DNA of 64,000 nt from the human T2T-CHM13v2.0 reference genome, Homo sapiens: the NCBI RefSeq assembly GCF_009914755.1, contig NC_060940.1; one strand, given 5' to 3'. Below, piece after piece: positions 42,721 to 64,000 of this stretch. The first letter of the stretch is position 1. Every line of letters starts with the position of its first letter. A program made the position numbers and the translations under genes. Under the pieces are notes generated by a model. It ran no database searches, was not told where the DNA came from, and saw nothing but the letters and a program-made list of their open reading frames with translations.

Positions 42721-44178
42721 CCACCCAGCGCTCCTGCTAACGGTGCTCAGGGGGCGCCTGTGGTTCTGAGATGGCTCCCAGGGGCTCCCTCCGCCCCCAG
42801 GTAGGGGCCCCTCTCAGCCCTCACACACCCTGTCTGCCCCGCCCTCATTATTTATGTCCAGGTGTTTGTTTTGTTTTGTTTTTGGCACCTTACTTGACCA
42901 TTTGTTTCTGTTTCCCCGACTGGGGCAGGGTGTTTAGAATTTTCTAAATGTAGTTCTGCTCCAGACAGGGAATTAGGCCCCCATCATCCTCTGGCTTGGC
43001 CACAGCCAGGGGAGCAGAGGGGCAGAGGCCCACATTGGAAGAGCAGCACCTCCTCAGCCTGAACCCCAGGGCTGTAACTGCCAGGCTCTCTTTGCCCAGT
43101 TGGAGACTGTCTGGCCCCCCTGGTCCCCTCCTTCCCAAGTGAGTCTCTCTGGGCCTTAGGAAGAGCCTTCCACCCAGGGGCAGCCCCAGGCCAAAGGGGA
43201 CCTGGAAGGGAGGTGGGCCGTGGCCCTTGAGTCCCCATTGAGGCTTGGTTCCTTCCCAATCCAGTGGACTTCGCAGTCCACTTCTGACAGCCTCAGTGAC
43301 CCTGGCTCCTTGTGCCAGAGAACCCAGCCCACCCCCGGCAGCAGCCCCCAGCTCCCACCTCCCCTTGGGCCCACACCTTCTTCCCTCTCTGGAGAAAGGG
43401 CCCTGGGCCTGCCTCACCACGGACCAAAGGGAGTCTGCCAGGGCCCCTCTCCCCAGGGAAGCAGCAGCCTCGCCCCTGGCAGAGATGCCTCCCTGAGCTA
43501 GAACCCTCTGTTCCTTCCCTGTGCCTCCTCCCTCCCTCTCCGACTCACACCACTAGCCTCAGGGGTCTGAGCTCCAGCTCCTTTGGGCTTCAGCTGCCAG
43601 TGTCCTGAGCCCCAGGGAGAGGGGGCTGGTGGGTGCCTAGGCCTGGGCAGTGGATGGCCGTGAATGGGTGCCCACAGTGTCAGGCACTGGGCATGAGGGG
43701 TTCCTCCCCTCCAGCTCCCTGTGCCCCCAGGGTCCTGGGAGGAGAGACACTGGTGGGGATAGGCCAGCCGCGCATCAGACTGTGAACCCCACGAAGGAGC
43801 CCATTGTGGCCTAAGAGGCTGCCCTCCTGTGCTCAGCCCTGAGGACAGATGCCTCCTTCCTCTTTTCCTTCCCAAAGCAAGCAAGAGGCCGTGGCTGCTG
43901 TGGGAAATGGTACTGTACAGCTGGCTCTACTTCCCCATGGCCCTGAGCGAGTGGAGTCTGCCACCCAGGATCCCCAAGGCACTTGAGGGGGAAGGATTCT
44001 GCTGGCCTCTGCGAGTGGTTTCTTGTGCACTGGCACCAAGTGCGGGTCCGGCAGCTTCTGCCCCCTGCAGAACCGGAGAGCCAGCTAAGGGGTGGGGCTG
44101 CGGGGGTTCCGTGTCCACCCCCATACATTTATTTCTGTAAATAATGTGCACTGAATAAATTGTACAGCCGGCAAATGT
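42721..44178 (+). other. MMP15: MMP15 3'UTR (end approximate)
   Basis: From the stop codon to about 20 nt past AATAAA at 44154. Confidence 0.8.
44154..44159 (+). terminator. MMP15: MMP15 polyadenylation signal AATAAA
   Basis: ctgAATAAAttgtacag, flanked by TGTA elements and followed by GT-rich tgtgtccttgtttgt. Confidence 0.9.
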
Positions 44179-47100
44179 GTCCTTGTTTGTAAGGCCTTGG
44201 GCTGGAACCTCCAGCTGGAAGGGCGTGCAGGTGGTGGGGGTCCAGCCCATGCTAGGGTTAGGGGGCTTGACCTCAATGCCAAGGAGACCTTGTTCCAATT
44301 CCATGGGGGCTCCTTCCCGATGGCCCTTGGAAACTATGCCCTGGGAGGGGCAGAGCTTAGGGCTGCCCTCAAGAGTCCAGAAGAGGGAGAGGCAGGGCAC
44401 CTGGGGTCACCCTGCCGGGGTGGGGCAGGGAGGGAGCATGGAGTTAGTTTGCCGTTTGTTCCTGCTGAGAAAAGACAACTGAGTTTGCCACAAGCCCTCC
44501 CCGTCTAGGAGTGGAGGAAGAGCCAGGCCAGTCCTCCCAGGCTGGGTTCTGAGCACTGACGGGAGCCCAGAGCCAGGCACAGAGAGAGATGGGAAATGGT
44601 GGCACTTTGATTCCAAAAGTTCCCTTCCCCACACATGCTGCTCAGAGTGGCAGGCACCCAAGACCTGCCCTTTCATCTTTGAGAAGCAGAAAATCCCACC
44701 CAGGCCTGTGCAGGGTGCAAGTGATACCCCAGGAGGGCAGGAGACTGAGGTGTCACCGTCCCTTGAGTCTGAGCATGGCTGTGGACCCGGGAGGTCCTCC
44801 TTAGCCCCCACATCCATGCTCTTGGCCAAGCCTCTTAGGTACTAGCCTGGGCCCTCAGGAAAGTGATGATTTGCTGCAGTAGGGGTCGCACCCCCACCAC
44901 GGAGCAGGCCAGGCCTCTGCAAGTCCTCAGGCAGGGTCGTTCCGCCTGTTCCAGGCCCAGCTCCCACTCCCACAACCAGTCCCATCCCGTCCCGCCCCTT
45001 CCTCTCTTTGTGTTGAAACTGGCTGGGGAGAGTAGGAAGTGCTGGCCCTTGGAAACCTCGAAGGCCTCTCAGGCTCATCTAGGAAACAGCCGGTGAGCTC
45101 CCCCACCACAGGGGCCTTGGTGGCAGCAGGGGGGATTCCAAGCAGCCGCCATCTTGTCAGCTTCCCTGTGGCAGAAGCCACGGGGTCCCTCCCAGGTCTG
45201 CCTCCTACCTGAGTCCCTAGGGCCCCCCAAAAGCCCAGAGGTCACCGGGCAGGTGGAGGGCAGTGTCGGGGCCCAGGGATGAGAGGAGAGTTTGAAAGGC
45301 CTTGAGTCAAGCCCTTCCTCAGAGCCAAGGCCAGGGGAGAGAGTTGGCAGAGGCCTCACCTCCTCAGGAAACTGCCTAAAGAGGCTTCCTCCCCCAAGCT
45401 TGCTGCTAAAATCTCAGAGGCCCAGTGGCTGAAGGCACGGCCCATCCGAGAGCCCTATCTATCTATCCTTGCGGGGGGGCTTTGCATGAGGAGGGGTGGG
45501 TGGGGCAGCTAGGCCCTGACTCCCCCACGTCCAGAGAGCCCAGATCCCAGGCCTGCCTGAGGCCTAACCCCCGTCCCTTCTCCCCGGGATTAAACAGGAG
45601 CCTGCACCTTTAAATCGTTTTTTTGTTTGTTTGTCTTTTAATGTGACTGTAACCTAAACTCACCTTGGGCCCCTCACAGCCCCCATTCCCTCAGCATCCT
45701 TTTTTCCTTTACATTTTTACTAATTCCCAGCTGCAAAAACTAAGACATTAAAGATAAGCAAAAAGAAGAAAAGTCTCAGTTGCCATAATCTCTCAGCCTG
45801 TGTTGACAATTTGACATGTTTCCTTATAACTTTATTTTCCTGCATTTGCAAGGCTTGGAGTTTTAGAGTCTAAAACATCCAGTGCCTGAGCCCTGGTGCT
45901 GCAGCCTGTGGGAGGTGGACAGAGGATGCTGGGTGGCTGCAAGGTGTTGGCAACCTTGCAGGCAAGGGCCTGGCACCGGGCACGTGCTCAATGTGTGATC
46001 GTGACCCCAAGGCTGACAAGCTCCCCATCTACATTTTACTCAGGAGAGCAGAGGCTCAGGTGAAGTGACTTGGCCAAGGTCACACAGCTAGGAAATGGCC
46101 ATGCCAGGATTAGGACCCAGCTGGACCAACTTGCACCACAGTCCAGCTCTACCCGACCCTGGTGCTGCCGGAGCATCGGGACAGGGGCAAGGTGGCCCCT
46201 GCCCATCAGCCTTCCTCCCCGCACATTCTATGCATCGAAGACCCCAGGGCCACCAACAGAGCCTTCTTTCAGGCCGGGGCAGGGGCTGAATTGGCTGCTT
46301 TCTCCCCCTTCAACTTGGCAGAAAAGCCTTTTTGTTGTGGCTCACACAGAGGCCATTCTCCTCCAGCTCACGGGAAGGAATGCCGGCTTCCTGCGCATCC
46401 ACAGTGCCCAGGCCACAGTGGGGTCCTGCGTGTAGGTCCCAGAGGAGCCCCTCCACACCCTCCAGCCCTGCCTCTGGGGACTTCAGCTCCCAGACTTTCT
46501 TCCTTACCCTTGACAATTTGAGGAACCACACAGGGAGGTAGGGGACAGCCCCCCTCGGCTACCTCGGTAAATGCCGGGGATTTTAAGCCTCACAGCACTT
46601 TCAAGACGCAGCAGTTCCACCCTCAGCTGACTTCTCAAGTGGCCTCATGACCCACAAAGTGCTGGCAGAGGCCCCTGCCAGGCTTCTCGCCCTGTCTCAA
46701 ATGTCCCCTGCACTTGCCTGCCTCTATGCCTTTCCTTACACTGTTCCCTCCCCTGGAAAACTTTTCCCTGTACATCTCATCCTGTGCAAATGGCATAGAC
46801 CCTTCAAGACCCAGTGTGTGGCTTCCGCCTCCCAGCTTCCTGCCTGCCTTCCTCAAGGTTGTTGTTTCCTTCTGCCTCTGGCTCCACAGCACATGGATCT
46901 CCTCAGCTCTAGCCCAGCCTGCCCCTTGTTCCAGGCACCCAGACACTGACCATGGCTCCATCACTCAGGGTGGGGGTGCGTCCTTGGGCAAGTACCTCCA
47001 CCTCACTAAGCTGATTCCCCATCCGTACAATGGGCACGCAGGCATGCCTATTCCATCATGTGGCTTGGTGGAGCTGATGCTTAGGAACACGTAGAACAGC

Positions 47101-47605
47101 TCCTGGCTTGTGAAAGGCTCTCGATGGTTCATTACCAATATCCTTACTCTAAGTGCAGGTACCTGGTAGGCACTGGGGTGGTGTCTGTTTCCTGCCTGTG
47201 GGATGGGGTCACAGGTCGGCCAGCCTGAGGACAGGTGCCTGGGAAGAGGGACATTCCTGTCCCACCCGCTTCCCTCCCAGCTGCCGAGGCCTCACCCCAC
47301 TGGGCCCTGGGGACAGGGCTGCCCTGCCCCAGCTCCTCCCTCACCGAAACACTTGCCCTTCTTCCCAGACTCTGGGTCCAAGCCCCAAGCTCAGGTTTCC
47401 TCTCCAAGCACCTCTGACACCTCCCACCCCCAACGTCTTTCACCCACTCCAGTCTTCGCCAGAAATAGCCTTGCAACTCCCCTCCACTGACAGTCAAGCT
47501 CAGAGGCCTCTCTTGGACAAATAATATTACTCCCCTCTTGACACGGGTCACAGCATGATTTCTTAATGGGATCAACTGGATTCCATTTAAAACTGTTCAG
47601 AAACA

Positions 47606-48074
47606 GGGCAAGGTGGTGCATGCCTGTAGTCCCAGCTACTCAGGAGGTTGAGGCAGGAATTCGAGGCTACAGTGAACTATGACCATGCCATTGCACTCCA
47701 GCTTGAGTGACAGAGCAAGACCTCGACTCTTAAAAAAAAAAAAAAAAAAGAGAGATTAAAAAAAACAGAGAGAGAGAAAGGCTGGGCATGGTGGCTCACG
47801 CCTGTAATCCCAGCACTTTGGGAGGCCGAGGCAGGTGGATCATCTGAGGTCAGGAGTTCAAGACCAGTCTGGCCAACGTGGTAAAACCCAGTATCTACTA
47901 AAAATACAAAAATTAGCCGGGTGTGGTGGTAGGCGCCTGTAATCCCAGCTGCTCAGGAGGCTGAGGCAAGGAGAATTGCTTGAACCTAGGAGGCGGAGGT
48001 TGCAGCTAGCCCAGATCTCACCACTGCACTCCAGCCTTCGCGACAGAGCAAGACTGTCTTAAAAAAAAAAAAAA
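47606..48074 (+). mobile_element. Alu right monomer (47606-47749) plus AluS (47780-48074)
   Basis: Alu consensus. Confidence 0.9.
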
Positions 48075-48075
48075 G

Positions 48076-48685
48076 TCAAACTAAAAATATTTGAAAGAGA
48101 TTTATTCTGAGCCAAATATGAGTGACCAATGGCCTGTGACACAGCTCTCAGGAGACCCTGAGAACATGTGCCCAAGGTGGTCAGGGCACAGCTTAGTTGT
48201 ATGCATTTTGGGGAGACATGAAACATCAATCAAATACAGTTAAGATAAACGTCAGTTTGGTCCAGAAAGGCAAGACAGCTCAAAGTGGGGGCTTCCAAGT
48301 TATACATAGATTTTAAATTTTACTGCTTGGCAATTTGTTGAAAGAGTTATTATCTATAGAAAGGAATGTCTGGGTTGCAATAAATGGTTGTGGAAACCAA
48401 GGTTTCATCATGCAGATGAAGCCTCCAGGTAGCAGGCTTTCCGAGACAGTGGATTGTAAACTTTTTTTTTTTAATCAGACTTGAGATCTATGTTGATGCT
48501 AAATGCTGGTTGGCTTTTCCTGAATTCCAAAAGGGAAAAGGGTATAAGGAGGCATGTCCGACCCCCCCACCCTTTCCGTCATGGCCTCTAGCAGTTTTTC
48601 AGGTTAACTTTGGAGTGCCTTTGGCCAAAAGGAGGGAGCCCATTCAGATGACTGGGGGGAGGGGGCTTAGAATTTCATTTTTGGT
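48076..48685 (-). mobile_element. MER4A-family ERV1 LTR
   Basis: Minus-strand start accaaaaatgaaattctaagccccc...catctgaatggg...ccaaagttaacctgaaaaac matches recalled MER4A. Confidence 0.8.
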
Positions 48686-48927
48686 GGAAGAAAGGAAGGA
48701 GGAAGAAAGGAAGGGAGGGAGAGAGAGAGGAAAGGAAGGAGGAAGAAAGGAAGGGAGGGAGAGAGAGAGGGATGGAAAGAAGGAAGAAGGGAAAGAAGGA
48801 GAAAGGGAGGGAGGAAGGAAAGAAGGAAGGGAGGAAGGGAAGGTGGGAGGGAGGGAGGGAATAAAGAAGGAAGGAAGGCCGGAGGGAGGGAAGGAAGAAG
48901 GAAGGAAGGAAGGAAGGAGGGAAGGAA
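48686..48927. repeat. GA-rich (GGAA/GGGA) low-complexity tract
   Basis: About 240 nt purine-rich. Confidence 0.95.
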
Positions 48928-49564
48928 TTCCTCTGAGCCAGTGATGCAGCACTATCCTACAACCTGTAGACTCCAGCCCAATCAATGTCTCTTTACAAAT
49001 GGGGATACTGAGGCCTGGAGAGGGGGTTGATGAGGCCATAGTCACCTACTGTTTGAACTGTGTCTTCTGATCCCCAGGCAGGACTCTCCTCCCACCCTCC
49101 CCTATCTTACCCCCCAAGCCCTGACCTCCCCACCCCCATGGAGGACCCCCCCTCATCTGTTCTTCTGCAGAACCAAGGGCAGTGGGTTGTGATTAATTCA
49201 GCTTTCCTGATAAAGGGCAGTCCTGTGCTTCCTGGAGCACGAGTTTCCAGCGGCTAGTGAGGAGGAGCTCTGCTTGGCCTCCCCTCCCTCTGCCAGTGGC
49301 CCCTGCGTTGTCCTGTAAGAACAACCCCCCCTCCTTCTCAGTGCATGGACTCTGGCAGAGCTGACTGCTCACCCAGTGATGGCTGGATGGGCTTGTGCCC
49401 CAGGACCAGCCAGCAGCCCCCGAGTGCCTGGTGCAGGGGTAGGGAGGAAACCCAAGCCTAGCCCATCAGGGCCTCCCTGGGACTTTTCCTGGAGCCCCTG
49501 GGAGAGAGAAACCTGTGTCCACTGGGATTGCTGAGCTCCTGGGATGTGAGCCTGGAGCCCTTGA

Positions 49565-51576
<2,012 letters not shown>

Positions 51577-51725
51577 TAACCTGCCTTTTTCATTTAATAT
51601 AGCATGAAATTTGGATGAGAAATTGTGGGATGTAGGAGACTTTCACTTTGTATTTGATTCATCGCTTGAATTTTTATGAGCATGCATCATATGCCCACGA
51701 TGATAAAATACGCGAGTAAACAGTG

Positions 51726-53910
<2,185 letters not shown>

Positions 53911-54974
53911 TTAATACCAACAAATTACTCCCAGGAAGAAAATAGCATCTGTTTCTATTCCTCCCTGAAGTGGCTGAGTGCCTATCCTCTCCACTAGCTG
54001 TGAGATCACCTTTATCAACATAATTGGTGAGACTGCTAAAAATAATGCTTTGTTGGCTTTATTTGCAGTTCTTTGATTACCACTGAATCTGAACATTTTT
54101 GCCTATGTTCGTTGTTAACCCTTTTCGGTTTGAGGGTTTTGGGGGGTTTTTTGGTAGGGGGAGGGGATAATGGCCTACTCATCACCATTGCCCAATTGCC
54201 TTTTGGGATGTTTCTTCTTATTGATTTGTAAGCATTCTCTCTAGTGTGAAGAAATTGACCGTTTATTACTCAATGAATTTTAGGGCTAGAAAGTTCTTAG
54301 CCCAAGCTCCTGGGCTCCTTGTGCAACATGTACAGATAGGGAAACTGAGGCACAGACAAGAATGGGTATTGGCTCTGGTCAGTTCGGTCAGTTCTCTGGA
54401 ACCATGTTCTCCAGTGAGAACCCTCTGTCAACTTCATTCATTACGTGAGAGAGCCTGTCCCTTCCTCTACGCCCTCCTGGTGTCTATAGGGCTCTTTCTC
54501 TGCCCCCACCCCCAATTTCCTACCACAGCCTCTTATTCAGTTTCTAGTGGAGGGGAAGCCATTCTGCAGACAACTGGCTCTGTGTGCAGATGCCTCCCGT
54601 GGAGGAATGGGCTCCTGAAAGCAGAGCTTTGTTTCCTGGGGTGGGGATGAGCTGTCCTCTCCTTGTCCCCAGATAACAGGAGGGGGGCACAGAATGTGAT
54701 TAGGAGGCTTGCTGCATGCACGCATGCCTATGCCAGCAGTCAGTTCAAGGTGGTGCAGGGCTGCAGGAGCAGGCTTCGGACATTAAAGGAGCATCAGAGA
54801 AGAGGCAGTGGGTGAATCCGACTAAGTCCTGGATCAGGTCTCAGAAATCCTGGGTCAGAGTCCAGCTCTGTTTGTGCAACTTACTTGAGCTTTCAGCCTC
54901 TGCTTCCTGTGTTATAAGATGAGGATCCCAACAGTGCTAAGAATCAGTGAAAAGATGGGCTTAAGTATGTGCAG

Positions 54975-55388
54975 ACATGAGGTTCCACTGGCTGCCCAGC
55001 ACCCATCTTCCCATCTCTTGGCTTCACACCTTGATTTTCCCCTTGGAGCTGCCACTCCTCCAACTCTGAGTTCATGAGTTGCAGAAAGGTTGCCTCTCTC
55101 CTCAGCTTCAGGGGCAGGTGGGGCCCAGGTGGAGTCAGTTCCCTATCCCCAAATCTATTCCTACCAGGGGTGGGCAGTGGTACAAGTCATCTCTGGCCTT
55201 TGTCTATCTTAAAATGAGCACCACACAAAAGAACAGAGGCACAAGACAGAAAGATGACATTGTTTCAGCCCCTGGATACAGCCAGACCTGAAGTCAACAT
55301 CCCTTACACGTTTGCAAGAGCCAATAAATACCATCTCTTTAGTCAATCCAAAGGGTTGAGTTGGAATTTCTGTAATTTGTAACTGAAA
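54975..55388 (+). mobile_element. Old MLT1-like MaLR LTR
   Basis: cccctggatacagcc...gagccaataaata...gagttggaatttctgtaatttgtaactgaaa is a typical MLT1 3' end. Confidence 0.55.
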
Positions 55389-55846
55389 AAAATACAAAAT
55401 GCAATCGTCACTTAATCAGATCCTTGCATTTCGTCACCCAAGTCTGAGGCTCAAGGAGGGCAACAGACCTGTCCCAGGTCACATAGCAAGTTAGCATCAG
55501 AGCTAGGGCTCTAGAAGTGCAGAAACTCCCATTCCAGCCACATTGCCTTGCCCACTGGGGTCTGCCGAGTTACACAACATGCAACTGCATCCACTCTCCC
55601 CAGCACCCATGTGAACTTGCAAGTTAACAAACAGCTTTGCAAACACGTCTTGTTCAGTTTCATAAGCCAATCCTGCAGAGTTTAGAAATCAATATTAAGA
55701 AAGCATATTTCCAGAACATGGGAAAAACTTTGTGTACCAAACTGTTCATTCAGCTTTATTTGCAACGGCAGTAACGAAGCCACCAGCCCAATAATGGGAC
55801 ACTGGCTCAACAAGTTGCAGCATATTCTTTGATGAAATATACCACA

Positions 55847-58896
<3,050 letters not shown>

Positions 58897-59106
58897 CCTA
58901 CCTTATTGTTTTTAGCTGCTACCTGTTTTGTGCAATAGATTACTAGGGATAAAGGTAGCAAAGGGATAAGGTACTCCCTGAGTACACAGGAAGGCATCCC
59001 ACCTCCTTTGTAGGGGGCTAAATGACTACATCTGGCCAATGGGCTACTAGCAGAAGTGACAAGGGTTGCTTCTAGTGAAAGGCAGTTAAAAGAAAGGCAA
59101 ATTTAT

Positions 59107-59831
<725 letters not shown>

Positions 59832-61299
59832 TCATTATGAGATAGAGAATGCCTCAGCCTGAGCTGGATACATAGCCTGAGCTAAATACAACTTTGTGTG
59901 TTACACCATGGAGATATCAGAGTTAAGTTGTTTCTGCAGTTTAACCTTGTCTATCCTGACTGACATAGTCTTGGGTGTAATCGTTTTTTCAAACAATTCC
60001 TTTCACCGATTGGTTGCTCCTGTTACCGTTACAGACAGTGGTACAAGTAATCTTCCTGTCTGCGCCTCCTCATGCATTCTCAAGCGCCTTTCTCTAGTTT
60101 TTTTTTCCATTTACATCCCTGCATGCATCTCCGCTCTGCTCCACCATCCTGGAGGCCTGGCCCCTGTAGGCTGCATTTTCCTGCCAGCTCCCTTGCCCTC
60201 TGGCTTCTGTTGGGTTCTACCAGTGGGAAGTGCCGGCAGGAGACTGGAAGGCTGGAGAGGGAGGTCATCACTGCTTCCCTGTGGAGTCTGGCAGTGGCTG
60301 TGCCTTCCATGAGTACAGCTCCAAGCAGGCAGACCCTAGCCCACAGCCAGCTGCAGCTCCCACTGGGGTCTCCCCTCCACTTGCCCTCTAAGCCTGGGGT
60401 GACAATGGCACCCCGCTGTGCTTATTGGGGGGGGGTACCTTGACAACCTTTGCAGGGTCTGGTGACGCTGTCTACACCACACAAGTCATGAAAACTCTAC
60501 TGTTTATTTGGCCCACCTGGAGTGAATTGTGTAACTTGACAGGAATCTAAGTAATACACCTGACATTGGTGTGTTGTCAGTTTCAATACATGCTTCCAGA
60601 TTGCCCGTCCAGGTCACAATACAGCTTGCCTGACCAGGTCATCTGGTGGCCCTGTGGTGAGATGGGGACATGGGGCTTCCTCCATGGGGCTGGGACTCTG
60701 GCTGCTAAGAAGCAAACTCCAGCTTTAAGCAGGTGTCCAGGCCAATCAACAGTCCTCACACTGGGGCACCAGGCACCTTCCCCTGTCCTGCTCAGAGGCA
60801 GGATAGAAACCTGACAAGGGTGTTTTCACCAACCTGAGAGTTTCGGCCCCTCTCTGGGGACTGTTTGCGTTTCGGGTCACAGTGTTGGCTGCCCCCACCC
60901 CCTTCTTTCCTCTGCCAAATTGACATTCCCCAGGCTGTCAGGCCTCCAGGAAGCGGGCAGTTCCTGCCCTGTGGTGCCTACAGGGAATCTCCTCTTTCTA
61001 TTCCAAGCACTTCCACATCCTCGTGACATTTCATCCCCTTCACACAGTCCAGCAAATGAGAGGTGCTGCCCTCATCCCACAGACAGAGGCTGAGGCCCAC
61101 CAAGGGGCGACAGCTTGCCCAAGGTCACAGAGCAAATTAGGGGCTGAAGAAACACAAAGAAAACTGACCGCCAGCCCAGTAGCCACTCCCTGTTATTCTC
61201 CTCCCTCCCCTAACTCAGCCACCGGACAGGGATCAACCTCTCTCCAGTTCCTTCATGCATTCAGCAAATACTGTGTTGGCATTTACTGAGTACCAGCTG

Positions 61300-61842
61300 C
61301 AGAGGCTGCAAACTATGGCCCTCTGACCAAAGTGGGCCCACTGTCTGCTTTTATTTTTTTATTTTTATTTTTAATTAATTTATTTTATCAATTTTTTTTT
61401 TGAGACGGATTCTCACTCTGTCACCCAGGCTGGAGTGCAGTGGCGTGATCTCGGCTCACTGCAACCTCTGCCTCCCGGGTCAAGCGATTCTCCTGTCTCA
61501 GCCTCCCGAATAGCTGGGAATACGGGCACGCGCCACCACGCCCAGCTAATTTTTGTATTTTTAGTAAAGACGGGGTTTCACCATGTTGGCCAGGCTGGTC
61601 TCGATCTCTTGACCTGGTGATCCGCCCACCTCGGCCTCCCAAAGTGCTGGGATTACAGGCGTGAGTCACCACAACCGGTCGTCTGCTTTTATAAAGTTTT
61701 ATTGAAGCACAATCACTCCCACCCATTTGTGTATTGTCTATAGCAGCTTTCTGCTACAAGGGCAGAGCTGAGTTGCAGCAGAGACCATCTGGCTCCCAAG
61801 CCTGAAAATTTATTATCTGTCTCTTTGCAGAAAAATTTGCCC
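61300..61842. mobile_element. MER58-like hAT MITE interrupted by an antisense Alu (61349-61679, TSD GTCTGCTTTTAT)
   Basis: gcaaactatggcc...taaagttttattg...gcagagctgagt...gcagaaaaatttgcc resembles MER58A. Confidence 0.75.
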
Positions 61843-61971
61843 ATGAACCACATTATGATTTTCTAGGCCATTTTGTCTTCACGAGCCCTTTTTGTGAAAA
61901 AAAAAAATTACAAATATATGTAATATATGTTATATATATAATTGTATAATTTTTAAATTATAAATATCTAC

Positions 61972-63965
<1,994 letters not shown>

Positions 63966-64000
63966 CTTACATTTTAAATTAGTTTTTTTTTGGAATAAAT

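Noticed and set aside
48510-49045. GGAA tract as an EWS-FLI1-type enhancer, and its Glu/Gly/Arg ORF
   Set aside because: Only about four consecutive GGAA units (48900-48915), otherwise degenerate; the ORF is a low-complexity artefact

Overview
Human (primate) genomic DNA, recognisable as the USB1-MMP15 locus (chr16q21 from established knowledge). The window holds the last five coding exons (3-7) and 3'UTR of USB1 (U6 snRNA 3'-end phosphodiesterase, + strand), then the complete 10-exon MMP15 (MT2-MMP) gene with its CpG-island promoter (+ strand). The MMP15 exons I placed add up to 2010 nt (669 aa + stop). A ~20 kb gene-free, Alu-dense tail follows. Repeats include an old antisense L1 broken by a solo LTR13 and several Alus, plus MER21, L2, MLT1, MER5A, MER4A, a Tigger-type MITE, MER58, about 40 Alus, a 47-bp minisatellite and a ~380-nt CT tract. 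I find no new multi-gene system. The best leads are regulatory and all are unverified inference: intronic polyadenylation or alternative last exons that would remove the second catalytic HxS motif of USB1; a strong-Kozak uORF in frame with MMP15; an Sp1+2xETS internal-promoter-like module before MMP15 exon 3; a G4-forming stretch in the MMP15 CDS; and CTCF motifs. Repeat subfamily names come from recalled consensus similarity, and repeat boundaries are approximate.
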